From contig CASEME010000018.1 in the NCBI GenBank assembly GCA_949289125.1, positions 134,359 through 198,358 on the forward strand: a DNA stretch of 64,000 nt, in the 5' to 3' direction. The notes beneath the pieces were generated by a model. That model did no database searches. It saw nothing but the letters and a program-made list of their open reading frames with translations, and had not been told where the DNA came from. How positions within the stretch are numbered: position 1 is the first letter of the stretch; every line of letters starts with the position of its first letter. Below, piece by piece: positions 46,226-56,220 of this stretch. The stretch comes from an uncultured Eubacteriales bacterium (GTDB taxonomy: Bacteria > Bacillota > Clostridia > Christensenellales > CAG-314). The position numbers and the translations under genes were made by a program.

Positions 46226-48721
46226 ATGAGCAAACAAAAACAATCAAATGTTGCAACACAGACACGCAAACCTATCAACAAAAATGCGTTGATAATATCT
46301 ATAGTTTGTGTTGTTACGGCTTTGGTAATTGCGGTATCTTTGATTATAGCTTTGTGGCCCGCACCTGCGGACAAGACCATTGCCGACCTCGACAATCCTA
46401 CAATCGAAACGTCCGATTCCACCATCAAAAATGGTGACTTCAGCTATGTTGGCGAAGAGGCTACGCTGTATCCCAAGTCTGCGCAGGATTGGAGCAAATA
46501 CACTTGGCAAGAGCCTACCAATTCCACCACTCAATACTACAAAGAGATATTGTCCAATACAAACACTCTTATGGGTATTGTGGACACCAACGATTGGGAC
46601 AAAGTAAGTAGCGACCTATCCAAGTACGGAATAACTATTGACAACCCCGGAATACCTGTACAGGACGCCAAAGACAGCAATGTGTATATGATACACAACA
46701 GAGAGCAGTACTCTGCAAGTATTTATTCGAGAAGTTTTTCCGTTGCGGCATCCACATCAGTCAAAATATCCGTATACCTCAAAACTGTAAATGTTGACGG
46801 CGCAGGTGCTTTTGTTATGGTAAAACAAAACTCCAACAACGCTGTAGAAACATCTTCGAGCAACACTCAGTATTGGTATATGCACAAAGGTATCAAAGAC
46901 GCTGGCGTAACGGGCACTACCGAATGGCAAAAGTATGACTTTTATTTCTTCAATCAGACGTCATCGTCCAAAACATTGTACATCAACGTTGGTCTTGGCA
47001 ATATCTATGACAACACCACCGCAACAGGTACTTTGTTTATTGACGAAATAACTTACGAAACAGTTACTGCCAACGACTATCGTCTGCACAAAGATGACGG
47101 CAACAGTGCTTACACTGCAGAAAAAGAGAGTGAGGACAACCCCTCTACAGTTGCTACATTGAGTGGCAGTGATCCCGGCAATGTTACTGCAGATGCTGTT
47201 ACTGCAGGTCAATACCTTACAGAATACACCTACTCACCTTTCCTCAATGATGCTGACAACCTTATTAAAGTAAGCAACAACGGTACTTACAGCGGACAAG
47301 TTGCTGTAAAGAGTAGCAATATTACTGTTGATGGCCCTTCCACCAATACACACTTGCATATCAGCTTGTGGGTAAGAGTAATAAGCGAAAACAACTCTGT
47401 ATTGCCCAATGCCAACATTTATCTGTATGAACAAGGCAACACTACCGAGCTTTCGAGTTTTACAGCTGTACGTACATCTGTAGAGATAGAGACAGACGAC
47501 AACAATGGTTGGTTGCAATACCACTTCTATGTAAGACCTGCACAAGGCAACAAAACACTGTACTTGCTTATAAGTTTGGGTGACAAAAACGGTTATGTCA
47601 ATACAGACGCTATACCCAACGGCACAATGTACGTAAGTTACCCTGTTGTAGAAGAGATTACTCGTGACGAATACTCCTCCGCTACATCAGGCACATATGT
47701 AAATACTGTAGACTTGGGCAACACCTATACAAGTAGCGATGCATTCTTTGATACGTTTGACTCCTACACCAACAACAGCAGCACTACAGGTTTGCTTACA
47801 CCCTCGGGCTGGACTCCTGTATATGCAGGCGCAGTAGAACTTACCAAAAACGGCAAAGACGACATTACAGTCAACGACTCTTACAACAGTGTAACATCTG
47901 GTATAGAGCGTGACAGTGCAGTTGCTCCCACTAACGACAAAGAAGAAAAAGCAGTACTCAAAATTACCAACAACGTAAGTACGGCATTTGGATATATGTC
48001 CTCTGACATTTCCCTGTCGGCTAACACAGTGTACCTTATCTCTGTACTTGGTCGCAGCGACGGCACTGCAAAACCCTCTGTGTACCTTATGGACTACGAT
48101 GAGGACAACAACGTATCTATGTCTTACGCTTTGTCCACCATCAACAACAAAGTTGACGACGATAAGTTTAACAACCTTGAACAGACAGGTTGGACAAGAT
48201 ACTACTTTATAGTAGCAACAGGCGACACAGCAAAGACTGTAAGATTGGTATTGTTTAACGGTGCTATGGACGCAACAGGAAGTGACACTTCCAAACAATC
48301 TTCGGGTACAGTTTACTTTGACCAAGCATGGGCAAAGAGCATAGGCACTTACAAACGTGACAACACAGCAGAACAGTTGTACACAAAGGACGACAACGGT
48401 GAATGGATACTTGACGAAGAATTGGCAAAGGAAATGACATACACCGTTACTGCTGGCTATGACGAGTTGGATACACTTATTGCAGACCTTCAGAACGAAG
48501 ACGGCACATACAAGTTTGACAACATTCAAATAGTAGACAACAGACTTACCGATATTGCAACACCTACAGAGGAAGAGGACGGAGACACTGATGGCGATAC
48601 CACAACGCCTACCAACAATGTAGATGCAGGCTTGATAGTAAGTATAGTAATAAGCTCACTGTTGCTTGCTGCTGTAATAATAGTTGTACTTGTAAAATTT
48701 GTATTCCGCAGAAGAGGCTAA
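46226..48721 (+). CDS. large surface protein with N- and C-terminal membrane anchors and three CBM/jelly-roll-like modules
   Basis: 831 aa. N-terminal TM (ALIISIVCVVTALVIAVSLIIAL) and C-terminal TM plus RRRG. Three modules each end LFIDEITYE / MYVSYPVVEEIT / VYFDQAWAKSI. Confidence 0.6.
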   Translation: MSKQKQSNVATQTRKPINKNALIISIVCVVTALVIAVSLIIALWPAPADKTIADLDNPTIETSDSTIKNGDFSYVGEEATLYPKSAQDWSKYTWQEPTNSTTQYYKEILSNTNTLMGIVDTNDWDKVSSDLSKYGITIDNPGIPVQDAKDSNVYMIHNREQYSASIYSRSFSVAASTSVKISVYLKTVNVDGAGAFVMVKQNSNNAVETSSSNTQYWYMHKGIKDAGVTGTTEWQKYDFYFFNQTSSSKTLYINVGLGNIYDNTTATGTLFIDEITYETVTANDYRLHKDDGNSAYTAEKESEDNPSTVATLSGSDPGNVTADAVTAGQYLTEYTYSPFLNDADNLIKVSNNGTYSGQVAVKSSNITVDGPSTNTHLHISLWVRVISENNSVLPNANIYLYEQGNTTELSSFTAVRTSVEIETDDNNGWLQYHFYVRPAQGNKTLYLLISLGDKNGYVNTDAIPNGTMYVSYPVVEEITRDEYSSATSGTYVNTVDLGNTYTSSDAFFDTFDSYTNNSSTTGLLTPSGWTPVYAGAVELTKNGKDDITVNDSYNSVTSGIERDSAVAPTNDKEEKAVLKITNNVSTAFGYMSSDISLSANTVYLISVLGRSDGTAKPSVYLMDYDEDNNVSMSYALSTINNKVDDDKFNNLEQTGWTRYYFIVATGDTAKTVRLVLFNGAMDATGSDTSKQSSGTVYFDQAWAKSIGTYKRDNTAEQLYTKDDNGEWILDEELAKEMTYTVTAGYDELDTLIADLQNEDGTYKFDNIQIVDNRLTDIATPTEEEDGDTDGDTTTPTNNVDAGLIVSIVISSLLLAAVIIVVLVKFVFRRRG

Positions 48722-48740
48722 AATACAAACAACCAATTAA

Positions 48741-48776
48741 AGAGGAGAATGCATAAAGCATTTTCCTCTTTTTTTT
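48741..48776 (+). terminator. intrinsic terminator
   Basis: AGAGGAGAATGC / GCATTTTCCTCT followed by T7. Confidence 0.7.
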
Positions 48777-48902
48777 GTTGCAAAGCACATTTTGTGTGAC
48801 ACTATCAACTTTTTGCAACAATATTGCAATGTTTGACCTACCCGATGTTGACAAAAGTTGTAATTTGCTTATAATAATATCGAGACTATTAAGGAGACAC
48901 CA

Positions 48903-49964
48903 ATGAGTAAAAAACTAAAGATAACATTGATTGTTGTAGCGGCAGTATTGCTTGCCTTGATAATAACGGTAATTTCGTGCGTTGCCTATGCAAAAGGAGT
49001 CACAAAAGACACGCAACAGCCTGATGAATTTTATTCCAAATGGATGAGCTATGTAAGCAGTACCACGCTTGTAAAAGACATGGTGATACCGGGCTCACAC
49101 GACGCAGGTAGCTACACAATGTCCTATGTGGCAAAGACGCAAGATCACTCTGTATACGAGCAACTAAAGCGCGGAGTGAGATACCTTGATTTGAGAGTAG
49201 AAAAAGCCAAGGACGGCACATTGTATATATATCACGGCTCAGTACGTGGGGTAGAATTGGACGTGGTGCTTGACGATGTCAAACAGTTTTTGAGTAGATA
49301 CAAAACAGAAACGGTCATTTTGGACTTTCAGCACTTCAAAGGACAAAGTCAAGATGATGTAGTAACAGCGCTCACATCCAAGATGTCCTATTCGACCAAC
49401 TTTGTAAACAACTGGAACAACACTACTACGGACGCCGAATATATAGACAGCTTAAAACTTAGTATGGCAAGAGGCAAGTGTATAATTTTTTGGGGTAGCG
49501 ACAGTGACGACAACCTCGACAAGTCCTACATCTTTAAGCGCAACGACGACAACGGCGACAGATTGTTCAGCGCATTGCAATCTTACTATACACCGTCTTA
49601 CAACAAAGGTAGTTCTTCCAACTACATTGCCAATGGTCTACCCACTTATATAGAAAAGTACAAAGCCAACCCTGTAGGTTTGTTTGTATTGCAAGGTCAG
49701 CTTACCGACGGACTGTATATATTTGGACCACGTTTCCGCGAACGTCAGCATAGCGACAATATGAACGCTTATACTCAGTCACTTGCCCAAAGTGAAGATT
49801 TGGAGTATATCAACATTATTATGCGTGACTTTATTACCGGTGAAAAATGTGCAATTATTTTGCAACTCAATCTTGCCAAAGGTTTGGTAACCAATGCAAA
49901 TATCAACACCTTTACACAAGGTTTGTCGCAATATTTGCCCGAGCTTGCTACAGACACACAATAG
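48903..49964 (+). CDS. membrane-anchored PI-PLC X-domain-like phosphodiesterase
   Basis: N-terminal TM. IPGSHDAGSY, RYLDLRV, IYHG motifs of PLC-like phosphodiesterases. Confidence 0.7.
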   Translation: MSKKLKITLIVVAAVLLALIITVISCVAYAKGVTKDTQQPDEFYSKWMSYVSSTTLVKDMVIPGSHDAGSYTMSYVAKTQDHSVYEQLKRGVRYLDLRVEKAKDGTLYIYHGSVRGVELDVVLDDVKQFLSRYKTETVILDFQHFKGQSQDDVVTALTSKMSYSTNFVNNWNNTTTDAEYIDSLKLSMARGKCIIFWGSDSDDNLDKSYIFKRNDDNGDRLFSALQSYYTPSYNKGSSSNYIANGLPTYIEKYKANPVGLFVLQGQLTDGLYIFGPRFRERQHSDNMNAYTQSLAQSEDLEYINIIMRDFITGEKCAIILQLNLAKGLVTNANINTFTQGLSQYLPELATDTQ

Positions 49965-49991
49965 CATCACAACAAATTGAAATACAAAACA

Positions 49992-50028
49992 AACAGAGCG
50001 TATGCACACATTGCATACGCTCTGTTTA
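49992..50028. terminator. bidirectional intrinsic terminator
   Basis: ACAGAGCGTATGCA / TGCATACGCTCTGT with A-rich and T-rich flanks. Confidence 0.7.
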
Positions 50029-50079
50029 TTCTTGCTAAAGTTAGATTATTGATTGAAAAGACTACACAGTCAAACAATG

Positions 50080-50595
50080 TTAGCGCAACAATACGCTACC
50101 TGTCTTTAGTAGTACTTCTTCCGCGACATTTTGCGATGTTTTACCATCGGTAGATACATCAACGTCTGCATACAGTTTGTATATATTGTCTCGTTCAGCA
50201 ACAAAGACAGTCAAACTTGCCAAATCTTTGGTGCGGTGCAAAGGTCGGTAATCTGTACTGTTTTTTAGTCGCAACTGCACTTGAGGTGCACTTGTACGCA
50301 ACCACACTATTACCGAATTGCGTTTGAGAAGTCGCATTGCACTGTCACTCAGAGGCACGCCTCCACCGCATGACACTACACAGTTGTCCAAAGGCAGAGT
50401 ACCAACAATTTGCTTTTCTGCGTCTCTTAGTGCTTGCTGCCCGCTGCAATCAATCAGTTCACCTGCAGACATACCGCACTGCTGTTCCACCAACTCGTCA
50501 GTATCAAAGTGCTGAACATTGAGACTTTGGGCAATAAGTTTTCCCACGCTTGTTTTGTAACTGCAAGCAAAGCCAATAAGTACAAGCCGCCTCAT
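50080..50595 (-). CDS. aroK: shikimate kinase (non-canonical P-loop)
   Basis: MRRLVLIGFACSYKTSVGKLIAQSL...FDTDELVEQ...GGGV. ATGA overlap with aroQ stop. The ORF-track N-terminal extension is rejected. Confidence 0.8.
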   Translation of the reverse strand: MRRLVLIGFACSYKTSVGKLIAQSLNVQHFDTDELVEQQCGMSAGELIDCSGQQALRDAEKQIVGTLPLDNCVVSCGGGVPLSDSAMRLLKRNSVIVWLRTSAPQVQLRLKNSTDYRPLHRTKDLASLTVFVAERDNIYKLYADVDVSTDGKTSQNVAEEVLLKTGSVLLR

Positions 50596-51029
50596 TTGGT
50601 TTTCTCCTCTATATGCTTTGCCAATATGTCTATTGCCTTGTAATAGCTGTTGACTCCTTGACCATAGCAGTTGTCTATAGTAACATCTTGCAATACGTTG
50701 ACCTTGCGAAAGTCCTCGCGCGCGGTGATATCGGATAAGTGCGCCTGCACAACGGGCACATCGAGGCACTCTATGCAATCTCTCAAAGACAAACCATAGT
50801 GAGTAAGCGCGCCCGCATTGAGCACTACGCCATCACAATCTGTGTTGTACAAAATATCTATCAAAGTACCTTCGCTGTTGCTTTGTCTGCACTCAACTTG
50901 CATGTTAAGTTGAGCTGCATACTGCTCGCAACAACTTTCCAACTGTTTCAAAGTGATTGTACCGTATATATCGGGATTGCGCTTGCCCAATCGATTGAGA
51001 TTGGGACCGTTGAGTATAAGTATTTTCAT
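50592..51029 (-). CDS. aroQ: type II 3-dehydroquinate dehydratase
   Basis: MKILILNGPNLNRLGKRNPDIYG...HLSDITAREDFR. Confidence 0.9.
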   Translation of the reverse strand: MKILILNGPNLNRLGKRNPDIYGTITLKQLESCCEQYAAQLNMQVECRQSNSEGTLIDILYNTDCDGVVLNAGALTHYGLSLRDCIECLDVPVVQAHLSDITAREDFRKVNVLQDVTIDNCYGQGVNSYYKAIDILAKHIEEKTK

Positions 51030-53017
51030 TGTTTCACCTTTTGCACAAAAGTTTGCATGCAATCTCCTGCTTTGACACCCGTCCACAATTCAAAACTTGC
51101 CACCGCCTGCCAATACAGCATTGGCAAGCCATCTACAGTTTGTATACCCATTGCTTGCGCTCTGTCAAGCAAGATACTGCGTTGTTTGTAATTTACCGAA
51201 AAGACAAACTGCACCTCATCGGACAGCAGTATCTGGCGTTCGTACTCACACACTGGTATGCAACTGACCACGCCGTCAAAGTGAGACAACTTGTAATCTA
51301 TACCAAACTGCAACTCCAACTGTTTGGCTTTACTTATAGTGCGGTTGATTATATTGACGCGCGCACCTTTGTTGAGCAACTGTTGTACGGCAACTACTGC
51401 TGTACCGCCTGCGCCCACAACAAGTATATTTTTGTCACATACGTCTATGCCGTTATCTTCCAACGCTTTTATAAGACCGTATCCGTCGGTAGTACAAGGC
51501 TCAATGCCCTTGCCTATGGTATTGACCGATGGACACTTAGCACCCAAAGCAACAGCCATACGCTGTTTGAAAGGCATAGTTACGTTGACGCCGTCATATT
51601 GCTTGACAATATTGATTAGTTGACTGTCGGGAGTATCGCTACTTTGTGGCAACAGGTTGTACGACATATTGACATTGGCGCTTTGTGCCAACATACACAT
51701 AAGCAAAGGGGATTTGCTTGTTACTATATCGTCGCCAAGCAGTGCACATTTGTAATACTTTGCTGACAGTATTTGCAAAAAGTTAGGCGTAGACACAGCT
51801 ATACATTGGTCGTCATCCACTATCACACTACCGCGCATAACCGATGCCACAACGCCACACATTGCTATGCGATGGTCGTGATAACTGTTGATATAAACGC
51901 ACCCCACAGGCAGATTGCTTGAGCCTGTTACTTGTAGATTGCCCTCTAAATAGGTACACTGTCGTCCCAACGCTGTACACAATTCAATGATAGCCGCCAC
52001 TCGGTCACTTTCCTTGTGACGCAACTCGTCCACACCGCAAAATACACTTGTACCGTCTACATAACATGCTAAAGTGGCAAGCAATGGCAACTCGTCTATG
52101 CACGCGGCACTTTGCTGTCTGTTTGTTGTAAGAGGTTGCAACTTACCACGGCAAGACAAACTGATATTTCCCCTCAATTCGCCGCACACGTTTGCAACAG
52201 CCGATGTCTGCACATCCATACCACTGCGTTTTAGCACCTGCAAAAAGCCTGTGCGTGTAGCGTTGAGACCGACATTGGATATATTAACTTTAGTTTTCAA
52301 AGCCACAATGCTCAAAAATGCCGCAGTAGATAAGTCCTGCGGTACATCTATTGTGCCACCACACGGGCGACTTGGGCATACAGTTGTTGTGTTGTGACAA
52401 ACTTCAACTTTGCAGTCAAGATACTGCATCATTAGTTCTGTATGATTGCGTGTAGCGATATTTTCTACAATGGTAGTTTGTCCTTGCGCAAACAATGCGG
52501 CAAGCATAATGGCACTTTTTACCTGAGCAGAAGGCACTTGTTGCACATAGTTGATACCGTACAATGTGCCACGTGTTTTTCGCACTTCCATCAACATACC
52601 TTGTTGTGTGCGTATATCTGCACCCATTTGTCTTAATGGCGCTACCACCCTGTCCATAGGACGAGTACTAAGCGAGCTGTCCCCCACAAATACCGCATCA
52701 ATGTTAAGCCCGCACACCAACCCTGCAAGCAATCTTGCCGTTGTGCCACTATTGCCACATTGAAGAGTAACTTTGGTGTTGGGTAGTTGTGCTATCGGCG
52801 TTACGGTAATTGTGTGGGCATTGACCTCAAAATGTGCGCCAAGTGCACTAAGACAACGCATTGTGGACATTGTATCGTCATTGATAGCGGCATTGACTAT
52901 TGTCAGCTTGTCTTTGGCAATACTACCAAGTATCAATGCTCTGTGCGTTATCGATTTGTCGCCAAAAGCCTCGTTGTTGTTGACTACAAATTGTCCGTCT
53001 ATTCTCAGCATTGCCAC
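51026..53017 (-). CDS. aroA: bifunctional EPSP synthase (AroA, ~415 aa) fused to shikimate dehydrogenase (AroE, ~245 aa)
   Basis: N-terminal part: GDKSITHRALILGSIA, LQCGNSGTTARLLAGL, RHKESDRV. C-terminal part: TSKSPLLMCM, NVTMPFKQ, NTI, TDGYGL, VVGAGGTAVVA, DGLPMLYWQAVASFELWTG. A single uninterrupted 663-aa ORF. Confidence 0.85.
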   Translation of the reverse strand: MAMLRIDGQFVVNNNEAFGDKSITHRALILGSIAKDKLTIVNAAINDDTMSTMRCLSALGAHFEVNAHTITVTPIAQLPNTKVTLQCGNSGTTARLLAGLVCGLNIDAVFVGDSSLSTRPMDRVVAPLRQMGADIRTQQGMLMEVRKTRGTLYGINYVQQVPSAQVKSAIMLAALFAQGQTTIVENIATRNHTELMMQYLDCKVEVCHNTTTVCPSRPCGGTIDVPQDLSTAAFLSIVALKTKVNISNVGLNATRTGFLQVLKRSGMDVQTSAVANVCGELRGNISLSCRGKLQPLTTNRQQSAACIDELPLLATLACYVDGTSVFCGVDELRHKESDRVAAIIELCTALGRQCTYLEGNLQVTGSSNLPVGCVYINSYHDHRIAMCGVVASVMRGSVIVDDDQCIAVSTPNFLQILSAKYYKCALLGDDIVTSKSPLLMCMLAQSANVNMSYNLLPQSSDTPDSQLINIVKQYDGVNVTMPFKQRMAVALGAKCPSVNTIGKGIEPCTTDGYGLIKALEDNGIDVCDKNILVVGAGGTAVVAVQQLLNKGARVNIINRTISKAKQLELQFGIDYKLSHFDGVVSCIPVCEYERQILLSDEVQFVFSVNYKQRSILLDRAQAMGIQTVDGLPMLYWQAVASFELWTGVKAGDCMQTFVQKVKQ

Positions 53018-53928
53018 AACTCCGCAAGTTTATCTTTGTCTATTGCTGTTTCGCATACTTCAAAATTGTCTTTTGGCAAACAAAAGCTGATGCCCGATTT
53101 GCCATTTTTCTTATCTTGCAACATAAGCGGTATATATTGGCACAAATTGTAACTTACACAGGGTAATTGCAATTTGGTTGACATCATATCCACATACTGT
53201 TTAGATGCCAAACCCAACTTTTGTGCAAGCTGAAGTTCCACTGCAAGCCCGTATTCTACCGCTATGCCGTGCGGTATATCATTGTCAAGTTCGAGTGCGT
53301 GTGCCACCGTATGCCCGAGATTGAGTTTGCGACGTACACCGCAATCGTATCTGTCCTCGAATACCAACTGTTCTTTGTACTGAGCGCACGCCTTTATCAA
53401 TTTGTCATTGAAGGTACCGTCGCATTGTTGGTATAGTCTAAATATATCTGACGACAACATTGCATATTTTTTTATCTCTCCCCAACCTTCCTGCAACTGT
53501 TGAGTAGGTAAAGTACGTAAAAAAGACGTATCTATCAACGTGTCACCACTGACAAAAGTACCCACTGCGTTTTTTACTCCGCACATATTGACAGCAGTTT
53601 TGCCACCTATGGCACTGTCCACCATAGCAAGCAATGTAGTAGGCACATACAAAATATTGAGACCACGTTTGTAGATAGACGCTACAAAACCCACAACGTC
53701 GCCCACACAGCCGCCACCCAACGCTACTATTGTATCGCTTTTGACTGCGTTGGCTTGAAGCAGCCATTGACAAAGTTGCTCAACACTTGCAAAACTTTTG
53801 CATTGCTCACCGTGTGGCAATACAAACACGTTGTTGCCACAAATACTGTATAATTGTGCAATATTGTCGTCTGTCACAACAAAACTATTGCTATATTGAG
53901 CCAAATCAAATTTGCCAAATGCAATCAC
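53005..53928 (-). CDS. aroB: 3-dehydroquinate synthase (short form)
   Basis: ALGGGCVGDVVGFVASIYKRGLNILYVPTTLLAMVDSAIGGKTAVN, GHTVAHALE. Confidence 0.85.
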   Translation of the reverse strand: MIAFGKFDLAQYSNSFVVTDDNIAQLYSICGNNVFVLPHGEQCKSFASVEQLCQWLLQANAVKSDTIVALGGGCVGDVVGFVASIYKRGLNILYVPTTLLAMVDSAIGGKTAVNMCGVKNAVGTFVSGDTLIDTSFLRTLPTQQLQEGWGEIKKYAMLSSDIFRLYQQCDGTFNDKLIKACAQYKEQLVFEDRYDCGVRRKLNLGHTVAHALELDNDIPHGIAVEYGLAVELQLAQKLGLASKQYVDMMSTKLQLPCVSYNLCQYIPLMLQDKKNGKSGISFCLPKDNFEVCETAIDKDKLAELWQC

Positions 53929-53972
53929 AACATTGCTCCTTTTGCAAGGTATCCTTTGCTTAGACTGTTAGT

Positions 53973-55046
53973 TTAATTTTCTTTAACTGCAAGATTGCGT
54001 ATTTTGCCCTCTTGCATCATAGTATCGAGCAACACGTATGCCAACATATTGTCGCCTATTATGCCTACAGTGGGCACAACGGTTACGTCGGCACGCTCAT
54101 AATGCGCGTCCGTCTGTTGGTGAGTCACTATGTCCACGCTTTGTACTCCCTTTACTGTGGGTACAGGTTTGACTGTAATATACACCACAATGCGATTGCC
54201 GTTGGACATACCACCCACTATACCGCCACAACGATTGGTGACGTACACTATGTCACCCTGTTGATTGACTGCCAACTCGTCGGCAACATCACGTCCGTTA
54301 GCACCTGCGTAGTGCTTGCCGTAGCCTATCTCCACCGCTTTGACTGCAGGTATAGACATCATTGCGCCCGCTATAATGCCGTCCAAGCGGTAATTGTAGG
54401 GGAAGGGTTGTCCTATACCGACGGGCACGCCGTCCGCCACAACTACACTTACACCGCCCAAACTATCACCGTTTTGACGCGCTTTGTCTACAAGTTGCTT
54501 CATTGCAACATTGGCTTTGGCGTCACAACAACGCAAGTCGGCAAAGTCTTGCCTGCCTGCACACTCTGCACTGTACTCCACATTGCTTACAACATTGCCT
54601 ATACGTTGCGTGTAGCTGTATGTCTGAATGCCATAATGCGCCAATATCTGCTTGCACACAGTACCCAACACCACATAACAAAGGCTGTTTCTGCCACTTG
54701 CTACTTCGTTGAGACTGCGTAGGTCTATAGTACCGTATTTGATACTACCCACCAAGTCCACATGTCCGCTACGCACGGCAGTAAAATTGTCTTTGTGCGA
54801 GTGTTTTCTGTTGGGCACAAAAAACTGTATTTTGTCTGTAGTTGTGCCGTTGTTCAAGCCTTCAAGTTGAACAACGTCCTCTTCGGTAAATTGTCTGTTG
54901 CTTCTGCCATATCCGCTCTTGCGTACTGCAAGCGCACGATTGATGCCATTGACATCTATAGGGTATCCCGTTGGCAAACCGCATATTGTCCCCCAATATC
55001 CTTCGCCGTGCGATTTGCCCTCAAACTGATAGGTAATGCCTTTCAT
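53973..55046 (-). CDS. aroC: chorismate synthase
   Basis: MKGITYQFEGKSHGEGYWGTICGLPTGYPID...RKSGYGRSNRQ. Start chosen at 55046. Confidence 0.9.
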   Translation of the reverse strand: MKGITYQFEGKSHGEGYWGTICGLPTGYPIDVNGINRALAVRKSGYGRSNRQFTEEDVVQLEGLNNGTTTDKIQFFVPNRKHSHKDNFTAVRSGHVDLVGSIKYGTIDLRSLNEVASGRNSLCYVVLGTVCKQILAHYGIQTYSYTQRIGNVVSNVEYSAECAGRQDFADLRCCDAKANVAMKQLVDKARQNGDSLGGVSVVVADGVPVGIGQPFPYNYRLDGIIAGAMMSIPAVKAVEIGYGKHYAGANGRDVADELAVNQQGDIVYVTNRCGGIVGGMSNGNRIVVYITVKPVPTVKGVQSVDIVTHQQTDAHYERADVTVVPTVGIIGDNMLAYVLLDTMMQEGKIRNLAVKEN

Positions 55047-55062
55047 ACCAAGCACCTCCCCA

Positions 55063-56193
55063 TCAAGTTGCATTAGCCCACGATTGGGGCATCTGCCTGT
55101 TGTTCAAAAACCACTGCGAATCTTTGAGCAAAGTGTTGTTAGCAGAACAATCTACCTGTATTTCACTGTTTGCCGACGATATTATGCGTATATTACCGTT
55201 AAAGGACGTATATTCGCCCTTATCATAATCTATACATAGCGACGTCACATACACCTTGTCCGTATACGGTGCTATGCGGTCTATAGTCTGCTGATTGGGG
55301 AAAGTATTGGTATCGCTGTACTCTGTAGAGCCTGCATTGCAAGTAACACACACAATATCGGGCTTAATGACGCTAAGCAATATTTCCGTTGTTGCTGTTT
55401 GCGAACCGTGGTGACCTGCCTTAAACAAATCAACTTCGGGCAAATCATTGCTTTCTACAAGAGATTGCTCACCGTTTTCTTCAAGGTCACCCGTAAACAG
55501 AAAATGTCGTGAGCCCTGATTGAGCAGAAAGCATACTGAATAGTCATTTTCGTTGCTCGTTTTTATTTCATAATACTTTTGATACAAAAATTGCAACTCC
55601 ACGCCCTCAGACAGTTGATATGTACGAGATGCACCGTCCTCATTGTTATAGCACTGCAAAGCGTTGTAATGCGTTGCACCAGCCTCTATCTCTTTGTCAC
55701 GCTGTTCTACATATCTATTGTACACCTGCGTATCTTTGTTGGTGCGCGGAAAGTCAATTATCACTTCGCATTCATACAACTCAAACAAACTTTTGTTGGT
55801 ATTGTCACCTGCCCAAGCCGCTATGTGGTCCTGATCGGCGTGAGTGATGATTACGTATTCCAATACACCGTCTGTGCAATAGTCGTTAACATAGTTGGCT
55901 ATGGTATTGACGCTGTTGGTGCGCGAACCGCCGTCCACCAAAATATCTGTATCGCCTGCTTTGATATAGATACAATCGCCGTTATATTTGTTGCCCAATT
56001 CTAAAAAGTGTATAGACAACTCGCCCGACACAACAGGTGCAGGCTTTTCCGTTGGACGTAAAAAGCTATCAAACCAACTTTGATAAAAGCCAAAAACAAT
56101 TATGCCTATTATCACAAGTATGGCAATTATCAATAACAAATTGAATGCTGCGCTACGATGCCTTGATGAAGTTTTGCGTCTGCCTCTTGCCAT
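55063..56193 (-). CDS. membrane-anchored MBL-fold hydrolase (ComEC C-terminal-domain-like)
   Basis: N-terminal TM. VIITHADQDHI (HxHxDH variant) and AGHHGS. Confidence 0.75.
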   Translation of the reverse strand: MARGRRKTSSRHRSAAFNLLLIIAILVIIGIIVFGFYQSWFDSFLRPTEKPAPVVSGELSIHFLELGNKYNGDCIYIKAGDTDILVDGGSRTNSVNTIANYVNDYCTDGVLEYVIITHADQDHIAAWAGDNTNKSLFELYECEVIIDFPRTNKDTQVYNRYVEQRDKEIEAGATHYNALQCYNNEDGASRTYQLSEGVELQFLYQKYYEIKTSNENDYSVCFLLNQGSRHFLFTGDLEENGEQSLVESNDLPEVDLFKAGHHGSQTATTEILLSVIKPDIVCVTCNAGSTEYSDTNTFPNQQTIDRIAPYTDKVYVTSLCIDYDKGEYTSFNGNIRIISSANSEIQVDCSANNTLLKDSQWFLNNRQMPQSWANAT

Positions 56194-56220
56194 AATCTAC
56201 CTCTCTTACGTTATTTGTTG

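Noticed and set aside
50596-50778. N-terminal extensions of ORF-track entries. Examples: aroK 232 aa, aroQ 164 aa, spo0A 296 aa, spoIIID 131 aa, second ChrA 248 aa, PRT 200 aa, glgA 588 aa.
   Set aside because: The extensions overlap upstream genes or intergenic promoters, have atypical composition and lack an RBS. Internal ATGs with good Shine-Dalgarno sequences match the family N-termini.
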